Positions 19,695 through 28,957 of a DNA stretch of 59,371 nucleotides are shown one piece after another (within the stretch, counting starts at the first letter, position 1; each line of letters begins with the position of its first letter). The stretch spans positions 1 to 59,371 of the forward strand of contig JAGVFW010000007.1 in NCBI GenBank assembly GCA_020057405.1, read 5' to 3'. This DNA is from an archaeon (lineage in GTDB: Archaea > Micrarchaeota > Micrarchaeia > Norongarragalinales > UBA97). The notes below the pieces were generated by a model, which did not search any database, had not been told where the DNA came from, and saw only the letters and a list, made by a program, of their open reading frames with translations. A program made the translations under genes and the position numbers.

Positions 19695-20843
19695 TCACTC
19701 GCCTTGCCAGTGGCGTTCCGGCTTGTTTTTCCGGTGGTACTTGTCGGCAGCCTGGTTTGAAAGCTCCTCAAGCACTTCCTTAACCGCCAGGTGCGCGTCC
19801 CAAACGCTCTTGTGGCCAGTCGTATCAGGCGTGCCCGCAGAGATGACGCGGCCCTTGACAAAGAGCCTTGCGCGAACCGCATAGCGGCGCTTGGCGCCCT
19901 CCTGTCTGCTCTTGATGTGGATAGTAAGCATGTCCGCGGCCACGGTTTTGCCGACTTTCTTCAAAAACTCCGCGCCAGTCTCTTCAATGCTCTTTTTGAA
20001 CGCCCGCTCGTCGTCGCGAAGGCCAAGGACGACGACGCTCTCGGGCTCGTCCTTTAAGCAGCAGTGCAGCACGCCAGTTGCAGTCAAGAGGCCGACGGGC
20101 TTGCCGTTCTCGATGACGGGGAGGGCCGTGACGTTCTCGGCGCGCATCAGCCTAGCAGCTTCCTCAAGCGTCGCGTCGGACCGAATCTGCTTTGGCAGCG
20201 AATTCATCACGCTAGTCACGCTCTCGCTGTCAACGCCTTCCATCGTAACCGGCCCGCGGTCAGTGCGGAATTGAGTGCGGTAATGCGGAACCACGTTGAC
20301 TGCAATGTCATAGCTTGTGAGGAACCCCGCCATCCTGCCCGAGTCCCCAATTACGATGACGTGATAGGCGTTGTTTTCCCTCATGCGCGAAATCGCTTGC
20401 GCAAGCGAGACGCCTTCGGAAACGATGACTGCGGGATGCATGTACTCGCTCACGCGCTTTCCCTTCACCGCCTGCGTCCCGGCAAGCAATCCGAGCACGC
20501 TAGCGCGCGTGATGCAACCGGCGAGCTTCTTTTTCTTGAGCACCGGGAGCACGCGGGCATGCGAGTTGAGGAAAAAGTTGACTGCGTCCTCGGCAGTGTT
20601 CACATCAATGTCAAAAAGCATCGTCTTTTCAGCCAAGCCCTTGGCCTTAGTCAGCTCGGCGTCCTCCCGGATGCCGCGAAGAGTGCGGTCGTCGATAACG
20701 CCCGTGACATTTCGCCGGTCGTCAATGACTGCAACCCCGTGCGCGTGGCCGCGAGAGAGAACGGCAATAGCCCGCGACAGCTTGCTATCTGCTGACACGA
20801 CCGGCAATTCCTCGATGACTTCACGCAGTTCCATATTTCTCAC
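19695..20843 (-). CDS. Tandem-CBS protein with C-terminal HPF/RaiA-like domain (candidate ribosome hibernation factor)
   Basis: Four CBS repeats, then a ~110-aa tail (KKVGK...LTIHIK...RYAVRARL...WDAHLAVKEVLEEL). Confidence 0.7.
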   Translation of the reverse strand: MRNMELREVIEELPVVSADSKLSRAIAVLSRGHAHGVAVIDDRRNVTGVIDDRTLRGIREDAELTKAKGLAEKTMLFDIDVNTAEDAVNFFLNSHARVLPVLKKKKLAGCITRASVLGLLAGTQAVKGKRVSEYMHPAVIVSEGVSLAQAISRMRENNAYHVIVIGDSGRMAGFLTSYDIAVNVVPHYRTQFRTDRGPVTMEGVDSESVTSVMNSLPKQIRSDATLEEAARLMRAENVTALPVIENGKPVGLLTATGVLHCCLKDEPESVVVLGLRDDERAFKKSIEETGAEFLKKVGKTVAADMLTIHIKSRQEGAKRRYAVRARLFVKGRVISAGTPDTTGHKSVWDAHLAVKEVLEELSNQAADKYHRKNKPERHWQGE

Positions 20844-20849
20844 GCTCCG

Positions 20850-22424
20850 TTAGAAGAACTTAAACCACCTGGCCAGGTTCACAAGCAGCAGGCCGAGGAT
20901 AAAAATGCTTGCGGCGAGAGTCGCATTGCGCGCCAACCGCTCGCGTTTTTTGCCAAGCGTCGCGCACAGCTCTTCATAAGCAATGCGATAGCCGTCGGTA
21001 GTGAATACCGGCAGGATGTTGACAATCGCGAGCGCGAAGCTGAGAAACGCCGTCAGTCCGAGTATAGTAAGGACAAAAAGCACCGGCTCATAAACCGGCC
21101 GGTATCCCGGCAGCGGTTCGTTCTCAAAGGCAAACGCGGGTGCCTGCATGAGTGAAATGCCGAGCTTGCCGTCCGCGTTAAGCGTGACGCGCCGCTCTTG
21201 CCCGCCGGTCAAAGTAATCGTGAGCGCCTCGCCGGGCTTCTTCCTTGAAATCTCGTCTTTCGCCTCGCCCGTCGTGCGCACGGCAACGCCGCCAATCTTG
21301 TCAATGACATCGCCTGCCGCCAGGATGCCGGTCGAGGGAGAGCCCTTGGGAATATCGCTGACTACAAGCTGCGAGACCTTGCCGGAGTAACTCCGGCCGT
21401 CAGAGGTCCGCAAGTCAACGCTCTTGCTCAAAAGCACTGCGGACATGACGAGGCCAGAACTGCCCTTGGACCCGTCGACAGTGGTGATGACCGTGCCTGC
21501 AGTCAGGAAAGTGGCGAGCGTAGAATTTGATTCAATGGCCGTTACTTGGACTCCGGCAAGCATCATTGGAGCGAGTGACGAGGCGCCCGCGTAGAGCGCG
21601 AAGAAAAGCAGGAAGAAGACGAAGTTCGAAGTCGTCCCCGCAATCAGGATGCGGCGTTTCTTCTCAAGCGCAAGCTTGGTGAATGCGCGCTCGTCGGGCT
21701 CGACAAAAGCGCCAATGGGAAGAAAACCGAAGAGCAATAGCCCGCTTGAATGGATTTTCAGGTTCACCACGCGCGCCAGAATGCCGTGGGAAAGCTCGTG
21801 GACGGCGACGACAATCGCAAGCGCAATCAACCCCTCCCAAAGGGGAATCGTGATGCCGGGAATGACCGGGGCGACACTGGATGGCGCAGTCTTGAGCGTC
21901 AGGATGGCTGCTGTTGACGAAATGAGGGAAATCAGCCCAAGGCCCAACAAGCCCGTCGTCAGGCCGATGAGAAGCGTGAAGCTGTTTAGAAGCGAGTTGG
22001 CTGCCGGCAGGCTCTGCAGCCACCAGTAGAAGGCGGCGACGAGCACTGCGTGAACCCCAAGTTTGCGCCACTCGCTGCGGAAAACATGCGCGGCAATGGG
22101 CAGGCCGTAACTAATTGTGAAGCCGAAGTCCGCAATGGCTTTTGCGGGCCCGGGATACGCCCGCGCAAGGTCATCCATTGCCTTTAGGCCCTTCTTGCTC
22201 CTAAGCATCACGACGCCGTACCAGCCTTCAGAACGGGTTAGGCGGGCAAATATTGTCCCGCTAAAGGACAGGTCGGCCAGAATCACTATCGCTTTTAGGA
22301 AAGTTTCCGCAGTGCTAAACGCGGTTGCAAAGAAAACCACGGCGCTAACGACAATGACCGCCCACGCAGCCGCCTTTTCGTTGCCCGTCATGCTTGAACC
22401 AACAAGTGCTTTTGCCTGAGTCAT
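20850..22424 (-). CDS. Site-2 protease (M50) with PDZ domain
   Basis: HELSH zinc motif, GAFVEPDE, NILP...DG; PDZ-like GILAAGDVIDKIGG. Confidence 0.9.
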   Translation of the reverse strand: MTQAKALVGSSMTGNEKAAAWAVIVVSAVVFFATAFSTAETFLKAIVILADLSFSGTIFARLTRSEGWYGVVMLRSKKGLKAMDDLARAYPGPAKAIADFGFTISYGLPIAAHVFRSEWRKLGVHAVLVAAFYWWLQSLPAANSLLNSFTLLIGLTTGLLGLGLISLISSTAAILTLKTAPSSVAPVIPGITIPLWEGLIALAIVVAVHELSHGILARVVNLKIHSSGLLLFGFLPIGAFVEPDERAFTKLALEKKRRILIAGTTSNFVFFLLFFALYAGASSLAPMMLAGVQVTAIESNSTLATFLTAGTVITTVDGSKGSSGLVMSAVLLSKSVDLRTSDGRSYSGKVSQLVVSDIPKGSPSTGILAAGDVIDKIGGVAVRTTGEAKDEISRKKPGEALTITLTGGQERRVTLNADGKLGISLMQAPAFAFENEPLPGYRPVYEPVLFVLTILGLTAFLSFALAIVNILPVFTTDGYRIAYEELCATLGKKRERLARNATLAASIFILGLLLVNLARWFKFF

Positions 22425-22864
22425 TTTTTTCCCTTCCTGATTTGAGCCACGTCGGCCAGAGTAAATTCGCCACTGCCTTTGGCGGCCTTTGCAACTGCAG
22501 CACCCTGCGCAGCCGATTCGACGACAAGAGTAATGCCAAGCGCTTTTTCGAGCTTTCGGGCCGTCTTCTCGTCAGGCACGCGCTTGCCGGCAATAATTTG
22601 GCGCAGGTAATCGGCGTTGATGAACTGAGTGCGGGCATAATCGTCGGGAGCCTTTCCCATTCGCGTAATCGCGCTTAAGACTATCGGGCCAAACCCGTCG
22701 ACGACCTCGAACTCCTTTTGCGGCGCAAGCGACCGAGCGCTGGGCGAGGCATCCAAAACCGCCTCGCGGCCGTAAGCGACGCAGTTGGCGCACACGTCAA
22801 GCATCGCACCCTCAATATGCGCACGCGTGACGGCCAGCCTCCCGCAAATTGAACAGTCTGTCAA
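22421..22864 (-). CDS. mbf1: Archaeal multiprotein bridging factor 1 (Zn ribbon + HTH)
   Basis: CSICG...IEGAMLDVCANC..YG; HTH ending ARKLEKALGI; FTLAD tail. Confidence 0.85.
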   Translation of the reverse strand: MTDCSICGRLAVTRAHIEGAMLDVCANCVAYGREAVLDASPSARSLAPQKEFEVVDGFGPIVLSAITRMGKAPDDYARTQFINADYLRQIIAGKRVPDEKTARKLEKALGITLVVESAAQGAAVAKAAKGSGEFTLADVAQIRKGKK

Positions 22865-22949
22865 ATACCCACTCCCCTTTCCCAGACTATCCTACTGCGC
22901 CAACTTTTATTTAGCTATGGTTTTAATACAGTCCAGAGCGTGCGTCCAA

Positions 22950-23981
22950 ATGGGAGTAGACTTAGCAGGAATTCTTCAAAAACACCCTACCTCGTTTGAG
23001 GAACTGCGCGGAAAGCGCATCGCAATCGACGCCTTCAACACGCTCTACCAGTTTTTGACAATCATCCGCCAGCCTGACGGCACGCCTCTGCAGGACTCGC
23101 GCGGCCGGATTACTTCCCACTTAAGCGGGCTCTTCTACCGCACGTGCAGCCTCCTCGAGAAGGGCATCCGGCCGGTATTCGTTTTCGACGGCGAGCCATC
23201 GCCACTAAAGGCAAAAACGATTGCCGAACGAGTTGCCAGAAAGCGCGAGGCCGAAGAGGCGATGAAGCGCGCCATTGCCGAGGGGCGGACCGCCGAGGCG
23301 GCAATGCTTGCCCAGCGCACAGCACGGTTGACGCGCGAAATGGTCGAGGAAAGCAAAAAACTGCTCTCGCTTCTCGGCGTGCCGTGGGTGCAGGCGCCCT
23401 CGGAGGGCGAGGCGCAATGCGCTGCAATGGCGGCCGAGGGCATTGTCAACGCCGTCGGCTCCCAGGACTACGACTCCATTCTTTTCGGCGCCCCCGTCCT
23501 CGTCCGTAACCTCACTGTAGCCGGAAAAAGGAAAGTGCCAAAGCGCAGCATCTACGTTGACGTCGAGCCAGAGGAGTTCACCCTCTCCGAGAACTTGACG
23601 CACCTTGGCATCACGCGGCAAAAACTGATTTGGATTGGCTTGCTTGCCGGCACCGACTTCAACGAGGGAGTGCACGGCATTGGCGCGAAAAAGGGCCTCA
23701 AGCTGGTGACAGAGCACGAGTCGTTTGACGAAATTACTAAAGCGCTTGGCCCGCGCGCCGAGGGATTCGACTCCAAGCTCATCGAGGACCTGTTCATGAA
23801 TCCGCCGTCAGTGAAGGTCTCCGAAGACGACCTGCGCTTTGGCGAGCTAAGGCGCGACGGGATAATCGAGCTGATGTACGAGGAGCACGACTTTTCGAAA
23901 GAGCGGCTAGAGTCATCGCTTGCAAAAGCCTTCAACGAACCGCTTGACTCAAGCCAGGCGTCGCTGAAAAAGTGGTTCTAA
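22950..23981 (+). CDS. fen: Flap endonuclease 1
   Basis: MGVDL start at 22950; IDAFNTLYQFL..IRQPDG, EGEAQ, SQDYD, GTDFN; C-terminal PIP box QASLKKWF. Confidence 0.97.
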   Translation: MGVDLAGILQKHPTSFEELRGKRIAIDAFNTLYQFLTIIRQPDGTPLQDSRGRITSHLSGLFYRTCSLLEKGIRPVFVFDGEPSPLKAKTIAERVARKREAEEAMKRAIAEGRTAEAAMLAQRTARLTREMVEESKKLLSLLGVPWVQAPSEGEAQCAAMAAEGIVNAVGSQDYDSILFGAPVLVRNLTVAGKRKVPKRSIYVDVEPEEFTLSENLTHLGITRQKLIWIGLLAGTDFNEGVHGIGAKKGLKLVTEHESFDEITKALGPRAEGFDSKLIEDLFMNPPSVKVSEDDLRFGELRRDGIIELMYEEHDFSKERLESSLAKAFNEPLDSSQASLKKWF

Positions 23982-24925
23982 GACAAGAGCGCGTATGCCA
24001 CGAACGCCGCGGCGCCAAGCACCGGGATTAACCAGACTGCGGCAAACGCCTTTACCGTTGAAATCGACTGCGCCTCGCGGACGGCATAAACCGGCAGTAT
24101 GACGAGCGCGTGCACAACGAGGGCAAGCGCAATGAGTGCGGACACGCCCGCGGTTATTGACAACGGCGCCCCTGCGGCACTCAAGCCAACGAAGGCGGCC
24201 ATGGCAAACGGCACCGCGGGCACTAGAAGCGCAAGCGACCCGGCAAATGCGATTGAAAGCGTGTAAGACTGCTGCTTGAACGTCGCCTTGCCCCCCATGG
24301 CCCTGGCGATGAAGTGCGGCAACACGCTTTTGATGAAACCAGAGACTGCGCCGGCAACGAAGATGAGGGCAAGGAAGGCCGCGGCCGTGACTGGACCCGC
24401 GTCCATTAGCGCGGCGTCAGCATCCAGTATTACAGTTGCTGGCAAATCAGCAAGAAAGCCTGCGTTGCTAAGAAAGTCAATCGCCCCAACTGATGACGCG
24501 ACAATCATCAAAAGCGCGATAAACGCTGGCGGCAGCCCGAAGCCAAGGACGGCCTTGAGATACCCCGCGTGATACCGCGACTTGCGGAAAGTGATTACGG
24601 GGTTGGTGATGCAGGTGAACCACGCCGCCATAGTCGGAAAGTGCGAGGCATCCTCGCCACCAATCTTGACGACATCAAGAATTTTTGACGCCTCATCGGC
24701 CTTTGCGCGCTCGGTCTGCATCAGTTCCTTGCCAGCGTCAAAATCGCTGGTCTCAAGCTGGGCCTTGGTAAACTCCTTTTGCCCCAAGGAGGCGGCAACT
24801 GCAATCGCTTCGCGCACATCCTCGCCACGCCAGCCGGCCGCCTCAAGCGTCTGGATAATGTCCGTCTCCTCGTAGCCTAACGACCGGGCGCCGCGGACAA
24901 AATCAACCAAATCCTGATAAACCAT
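23978..24925 (-). CDS. Yip1-like multi-pass membrane protein
   Basis: Short helical N-domain (L..AGW....V.EA) plus ~5 TM; H.IAR.MGGKATF motif. Confidence 0.65.
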   Translation of the reverse strand: MVYQDLVDFVRGARSLGYEETDIIQTLEAAGWRGEDVREAIAVAASLGQKEFTKAQLETSDFDAGKELMQTERAKADEASKILDVVKIGGEDASHFPTMAAWFTCITNPVITFRKSRYHAGYLKAVLGFGLPPAFIALLMIVASSVGAIDFLSNAGFLADLPATVILDADAALMDAGPVTAAAFLALIFVAGAVSGFIKSVLPHFIARAMGGKATFKQQSYTLSIAFAGSLALLVPAVPFAMAAFVGLSAAGAPLSITAGVSALIALALVVHALVILPVYAVREAQSISTVKAFAAVWLIPVLGAAAFVAYALLS

Positions 24926-24936
24926 TTACGATGACC

Positions 24937-25500
24937 TCAGATGCCCAGTCCCTTCGCGGCTATAGCGAGGACAGCAAAGTGCGCCACGCGCGAAACCAGC
25001 AGGAAAGCCCCGAATTTTGCCACATCCATCCTACTCATTCCGGCAATAAAAGTCAGCGGGTCGAACACCGCGCTAAGCGGCAGCACGCCAAAAACCAAAA
25101 GGGCGATGCCACCCCATTGGTTGAACCACTCGCGCGCCTGGCCAACTGCCTCCTTCCCGACCTGCTTTTCAACCCACTTTTCACTCAAGACGAAGGCCAT
25201 GGCGTAGTTGATGAAGCCACCGATAATCGAGGCAACCACTGCGACGACGAAGAGCGCGAACGGGTCGTTGAACACTTGGAGTGACGCAATGAAATAGACG
25301 TCAACGCTAAATGGCAACAGCGTGCTGCCCAAAAGCACCACTAGAAACGTGCCAAACAGGCCGTACTTTCCGGCAATCCCGCGGACGCTTTCAGCCGCGC
25401 CGGGAAACGCGAGCACTAAAAGCTTTAGCGCGACGAGCACGACGAGCAAAAGCGCGAGTGCGACACCGACGGTCTTGAGCAGTTCCCGTTTTTTCCTCAT
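24937..25500 (-). CDS. DedA/VTT (YqaA-like) membrane protein
   Basis: GSTLLPF, ASIIGG.INY, DPLTFIAG..RM...F motifs. Confidence 0.85.
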   Translation of the reverse strand: MRKKRELLKTVGVALALLLVVLVALKLLVLAFPGAAESVRGIAGKYGLFGTFLVVLLGSTLLPFSVDVYFIASLQVFNDPFALFVVAVVASIIGGFINYAMAFVLSEKWVEKQVGKEAVGQAREWFNQWGGIALLVFGVLPLSAVFDPLTFIAGMSRMDVAKFGAFLLVSRVAHFAVLAIAAKGLGI

Positions 25501-25550
25501 TTTAACACAACCTTACTTGCCCCCCATTTTTAATCCAATGCGGCCCATCA

Positions 25551-26099
25551 TTACTTTCCATAGAGGGGCTCAAGTAAGTCCGCGCGGGAAACCACCCCGA
25601 CAATCTTGCCGCGTTGTGCAACGACAACAAGCGGACAAAACCGCAGGAGGCTTGAGACCGCCTTAATCGACGCTTCAGGCGACACTGTCGGCGGCGCGTC
25701 TTCCATCACTTCTTTCACCGCCGCCGCGTGCTTGCCCTCAACCATCGCCGCCAGGACATCGTTTTCGGAAACAACGCCGACCGCGTGGCCGCCTTCAAAG
25801 ACGGGCATTTGGGAAATGTCGTGCTCGCGGAACTTGCGCACGGCCTCCTTAAGCGACGAGCCCGGAGTAACCGAGACGATGCGCTTGCTCATCACAGCTC
25901 GCGCGTTAAGCTCCTTTTCCCGGCCGTACCCCTCAAGCGTCTCAAACAGCTTCACGGCCTTCGAGTACCCCGGGTCAATCTCGCCGTACTCGACTTTTGC
26001 CACAAACGACTGCGAAAAGCCCGCCGCGCGCGCAAGCTGGGACTGCGTCAGGCCAAGACGCCGCCGCATCACACGCACCTCGCTTAATGGTTGGAACAT
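25551..26099 (-). CDS. XRE-HTH + CBS transcriptional regulator
   Basis: RRRLGLTQSQLAR.AG.SQS..AKVE.G..DP.YS followed by a CBS pair; probable ATG at 26099. Confidence 0.9.
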   Translation of the reverse strand: MFQPLSEVRVMRRRLGLTQSQLARAAGFSQSFVAKVEYGEIDPGYSKAVKLFETLEGYGREKELNARAVMSKRIVSVTPGSSLKEAVRKFREHDISQMPVFEGGHAVGVVSENDVLAAMVEGKHAAAVKEVMEDAPPTVSPEASIKAVSSLLRFCPLVVVAQRGKIVGVVSRADLLEPLYGK

Positions 26100-26228
26100 A
26101 GGGCTATCAGGCGATTTTAGATAATAAACCTTTGCCCTAGATATTCCGATTAGAATAATTGTGCCACCAAGATATATTAGGTTCCGCGGGGCCAACTAAT
26201 TAAGAAAAAACTTCCAAGGTGAGGATAC

Positions 26229-27386
26229 ATGGCAGAAAAGCAATTGTTTACTTCAGAGTCGGTAACTGAAGGTCACCCTGACAAGATTTGCGACCACATC
26301 TCGGACGCTTTCCTTGATGAGATTCTGCGCCAGGACCCCAACGGGCGCGTGGCTGTCGAGACGCTCACTTCAACCGGCCTCATCCTCGTTGCGGGCGAGG
26401 TGACGACAAAGGGCTATGTCGACGTGCAGCGCATTGTGCGCGAGACGCTAAAAGAAATCGGTTACACCAACCCCGAGTTCGGCCTTGACTACCAGGACTG
26501 CTGCGTGCTAACTGCCATCCACGAGCAGAGCCGCAACATCGCAGTCGGCGTTGACTCCGGCGCCCAAAAAGAGCAGGGTGCCGGCGACCAGGGCATGATG
26601 TTCGGGTTTGCGTGCAACGAAACACCCGAGCTAATGCCGCTCCCAATCATGCTTGCCCACGGCCTGACGCGCCGGCTGGCGCAGGTGCGAAAACAAAAGA
26701 CTCTTTCTTGGGTGAGGCCCGATGGGAAAGCGCAAGTGACTGTCGAGTACGAGGGCGGCAAGCCCAAGCGGGTCGACACTGTCGTCGTCGCAGTCCATCA
26801 TGACCCGAGCGTAACGGCTGAGAAAATCAAGGCCGACGTGATGGAGCACGTCATCAAGCCTGTCTGCGGCAAGTGGATTGACGCTGCGACGAAGTTCCAC
26901 ATTAACTCAACCGGCATTTTCGTCGTCGGCGGCCCAGAGGCGGATACGGGTGTCACGGGCAGGAAAATCATCGTCGACACTTACGGGGGATACGCGCGCC
27001 ACGGCGGCGGGGCGTTCTCAGGGAAAGACCCGTCGAAAGTCGACCGCTCGGGCGCCTACGCGTGCCGTTACATCGCAAAGAACATCGTCGCAGCCGGCCT
27101 CGCCGACAAGTGCGAAGTGCAGCTCTCCTACAGCATCGGCGTTGCCGAGCCGGTTTCAGTGCTCGTCGAGACTTTCGGCACGGGCAAGATAAGCAGCGAG
27201 AAGCTCACTGCGCTTGTGCGCAAGCACTTTCCCATAAAACCCGCCGACATTATTTCCCACCTCAAGCTCTTGCGTCCAATCTACAAGAAGACCGCGGCCT
27301 ACGGCCACTTCGGACGCGAGGACCCGGATTTTACTTGGGAACTAAAGGACAAAGTCGAGCTTCTAAAGCGCGAAGCTGGAATCTAA
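26229..27386 (+). CDS. metK: S-adenosylmethionine synthetase, bacterial/eukaryotic type
   Basis: [34 protein letters not shown] signatures; AGGTGAGG SD. Confidence 0.97.
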   Translation: MAEKQLFTSESVTEGHPDKICDHISDAFLDEILRQDPNGRVAVETLTSTGLILVAGEVTTKGYVDVQRIVRETLKEIGYTNPEFGLDYQDCCVLTAIHEQSRNIAVGVDSGAQKEQGAGDQGMMFGFACNETPELMPLPIMLAHGLTRRLAQVRKQKTLSWVRPDGKAQVTVEYEGGKPKRVDTVVVAVHHDPSVTAEKIKADVMEHVIKPVCGKWIDAATKFHINSTGIFVVGGPEADTGVTGRKIIVDTYGGYARHGGGAFSGKDPSKVDRSGAYACRYIAKNIVAAGLADKCEVQLSYSIGVAEPVSVLVETFGTGKISSEKLTALVRKHFPIKPADIISHLKLLRPIYKKTAAYGHFGREDPDFTWELKDKVELLKREAGI

Positions 27387-27397
27387 AAAAAGTTTAG

Positions 27398-27517
27398 TGG
27401 GCCCGAAGGGATTTTCGCGGCCTTTTCTTTTCACTCGCTAGCTTAAGAAAAGGCTTTCGAACCCTCGAACCTTTCGATTATCAGTCGAACGCTCTGACCA
27501 GGCTGAGCTACGAGCCC
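27398..27517 (-). tRNA. tRNA-Ile(GAT) with a 44-nt intron in the T-loop (59/60; intron 27412..27455)
   Basis: Anticodon arm TTCGA-CTGATAA-TCGAA; removing the hairpin insert restores GAGGG-TTCGAAT-CCCTT. Confidence 0.9.
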
Positions 27518-27657
27518 ACGGATTACATAGTGTTGGGATTATGGTATTAAAGGTGTCGAAAAAGAGGGGAAGCGAAAGGGAGTTAACAAAGGTGAACGCG
27601 CTTCACGGTTAAATCCGCGCGTCTTCATCCGCCCCAAACAGGGGCGTTAATCAAGGC

Positions 27658-27687
27658 TTATTTCTTCTTCTTCTTCTTGGCTGCCAT
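27658..27687 (-). CDS. Putative 9-aa basic micropeptide MAAKKKKKK
   Basis: ATG preceded by GGTGGTGA SD; TATA TTTATAAG at ~27752-27759; hairpins in the 5' leader and downstream. Confidence 0.45.
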   Translation of the reverse strand: MAAKKKKKK

Positions 27688-27814
27688 TACGTTTTTCACC
27701 ACCGAATTTTTGAAAAACCGTTTTCGGTTTTGTAACATCATTCAGCAGTTACTTATAAACTTTATGCACGAACAATCTATTAGCACAACCGGGAGTGCGC
27801 ACCAAGTTTTCGCC

Positions 27815-27889
27815 GCTCCGATCGTCTAGCCCGGTCAAGGACGCAGGACTCTCAATCCTGCAACCCGGGTTCGAATCCCGGCCGGAGCA
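27815..27889 (+). tRNA. tRNA-Glu(CTC)
   Basis: CAGGA-CTCTCAA-TCCTG anticodon arm; CCGGG-TTCGAAT-CCCGG T arm; one A:C mismatch at the base of the acceptor stem. Confidence 0.93.
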
Positions 27890-27958
27890 CTATCATTTTT
27901 TGCAAATGCTCGCTTTTCATTTCGATAGTGTTAAAAGCGTCCAGAGGCAAATTTGTTC

Positions 27959-28192
27959 ATGGAATTTACTGCCATAATAAAGAAAGGGGAAAAGCAGTTC
28001 GTTGCATTGTGCCCCGAATTGGATGTTGTCAGCCAAGGCCGTACTGTTGATAAAGCCATAGACAATCTCAGGGAAGCTGTCGAGCTCTACATTGAGGAGA
28101 TGGGCGTTCCCAAAGGTACGGGAAGCAGGAAAACTATCGTCGCTAGCTTTGAGGTAGATGCGCATGCCAAAGCTTCCCCATCTGTCGGGTAA
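27959..28192 (+). CDS. HicB-family antitoxin (short form)
   Basis: FVALCPELDVVSQG.T...AI.NL.EAVELY.E motif. Confidence 0.9.
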   Translation: MEFTAIIKKGEKQFVALCPELDVVSQGRTVDKAIDNLREAVELYIEEMGVPKGTGSRKTIVASFEVDAHAKASPSVG

Positions 28193-28391
28193 AGAAGTAA
28201 TCAAGGCGCTTTCCAAAGCAGGTTTTAATCCCGTCCGCCAGAAAGGAAGCCACGTAATTCTCGTAAAGCCATCTCCTGAAGGAGAACGGGCGCTCGTGGT
28301 GCCGTTGCACAGGGAAATTGATGTCGGAACTCTTCTCGAAATAATTCGCCAGGCTGGTTTGAAAAGGGACGCGTTTCTAAAATTGCTGTAG
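28158..28391 (+). CDS. HicA-family toxin
   Basis: SGKEVIKAL.KAGF...RQKGSH...VVPLH.EI..GTL..II.QAG. Confidence 0.92.
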   Translation: MRMPKLPHLSGKEVIKALSKAGFNPVRQKGSHVILVKPSPEGERALVVPLHREIDVGTLLEIIRQAGLKRDAFLKLL

Positions 28392-28444
28392 AATAGAGCA
28401 CTTCGACTATTTACAGTTCCCGGCCGGAACACTTTTGATTTTCA

Positions 28445-28813
28445 CTAATATCCGGTTCTGCCGAGTATCCAAGACCAGCCAGCCTTTGGCTGTTCGTGTT
28501 CTGCCACGATTTTGATTGTTAGCACGGAATCTTTTTCAGAGAACTGGTAATGTGCGCCCCATCGCTGGTCTATGCGACTATTGTCTTTTACTTGCGAGTA
28601 AACCGAATTCAACTGCTGTTGTAAAGTTTTATCGAATGGCACTGCTTTTTTGATTACAAAGCCTTTTTTGAGAGTTATTTTGAGGGTGCTTTCAGACGCG
28701 CGTTCGTGCTTAAAGTCTCCAAACTCGTAGTGTGCGCCCAGAGATTGGCTCAAGTAATCCAGGCCTGCCTTATGCACTTCCCTTTGCTCCTTCGGATTCA
28801 TTTCGGGTCTCAT
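28445..28813 (-). CDS. Hypothetical protein (islet cargo)
   Basis: 122-aa ORF with GGAGG SD, lying between tRNA-derived repeats. Confidence 0.6.
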   Translation of the reverse strand: MRPEMNPKEQREVHKAGLDYLSQSLGAHYEFGDFKHERASESTLKITLKKGFVIKKAVPFDKTLQQQLNSVYSQVKDNSRIDQRWGAHYQFSEKDSVLTIKIVAEHEQPKAGWSWILGRTGY

Positions 28814-28957
28814 CTTTTCTCCCTCCTATGTGCACTCTATCAGGTTCAAGTGGTTTTTAATCCTGCAACCAGGGTTCGAATTCGGGCCGGAGCACTTCTA
28901 TTTTTGCAAATGCTCTAATTATTTAATTTGTTTGGCGTATGAATTGCAGGTGGGTTC

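Larger units (their letters stand above)
27854..28915 (+). mobile_element. ~1-kb integrase-less islet at tRNA-Glu bounded by att-like direct repeats
   Basis: 27854..27911 is repeated imperfectly at 28859..28915, with a shorter copy at 28418..28433; the interior looks more AT-rich. Confidence 0.7.
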
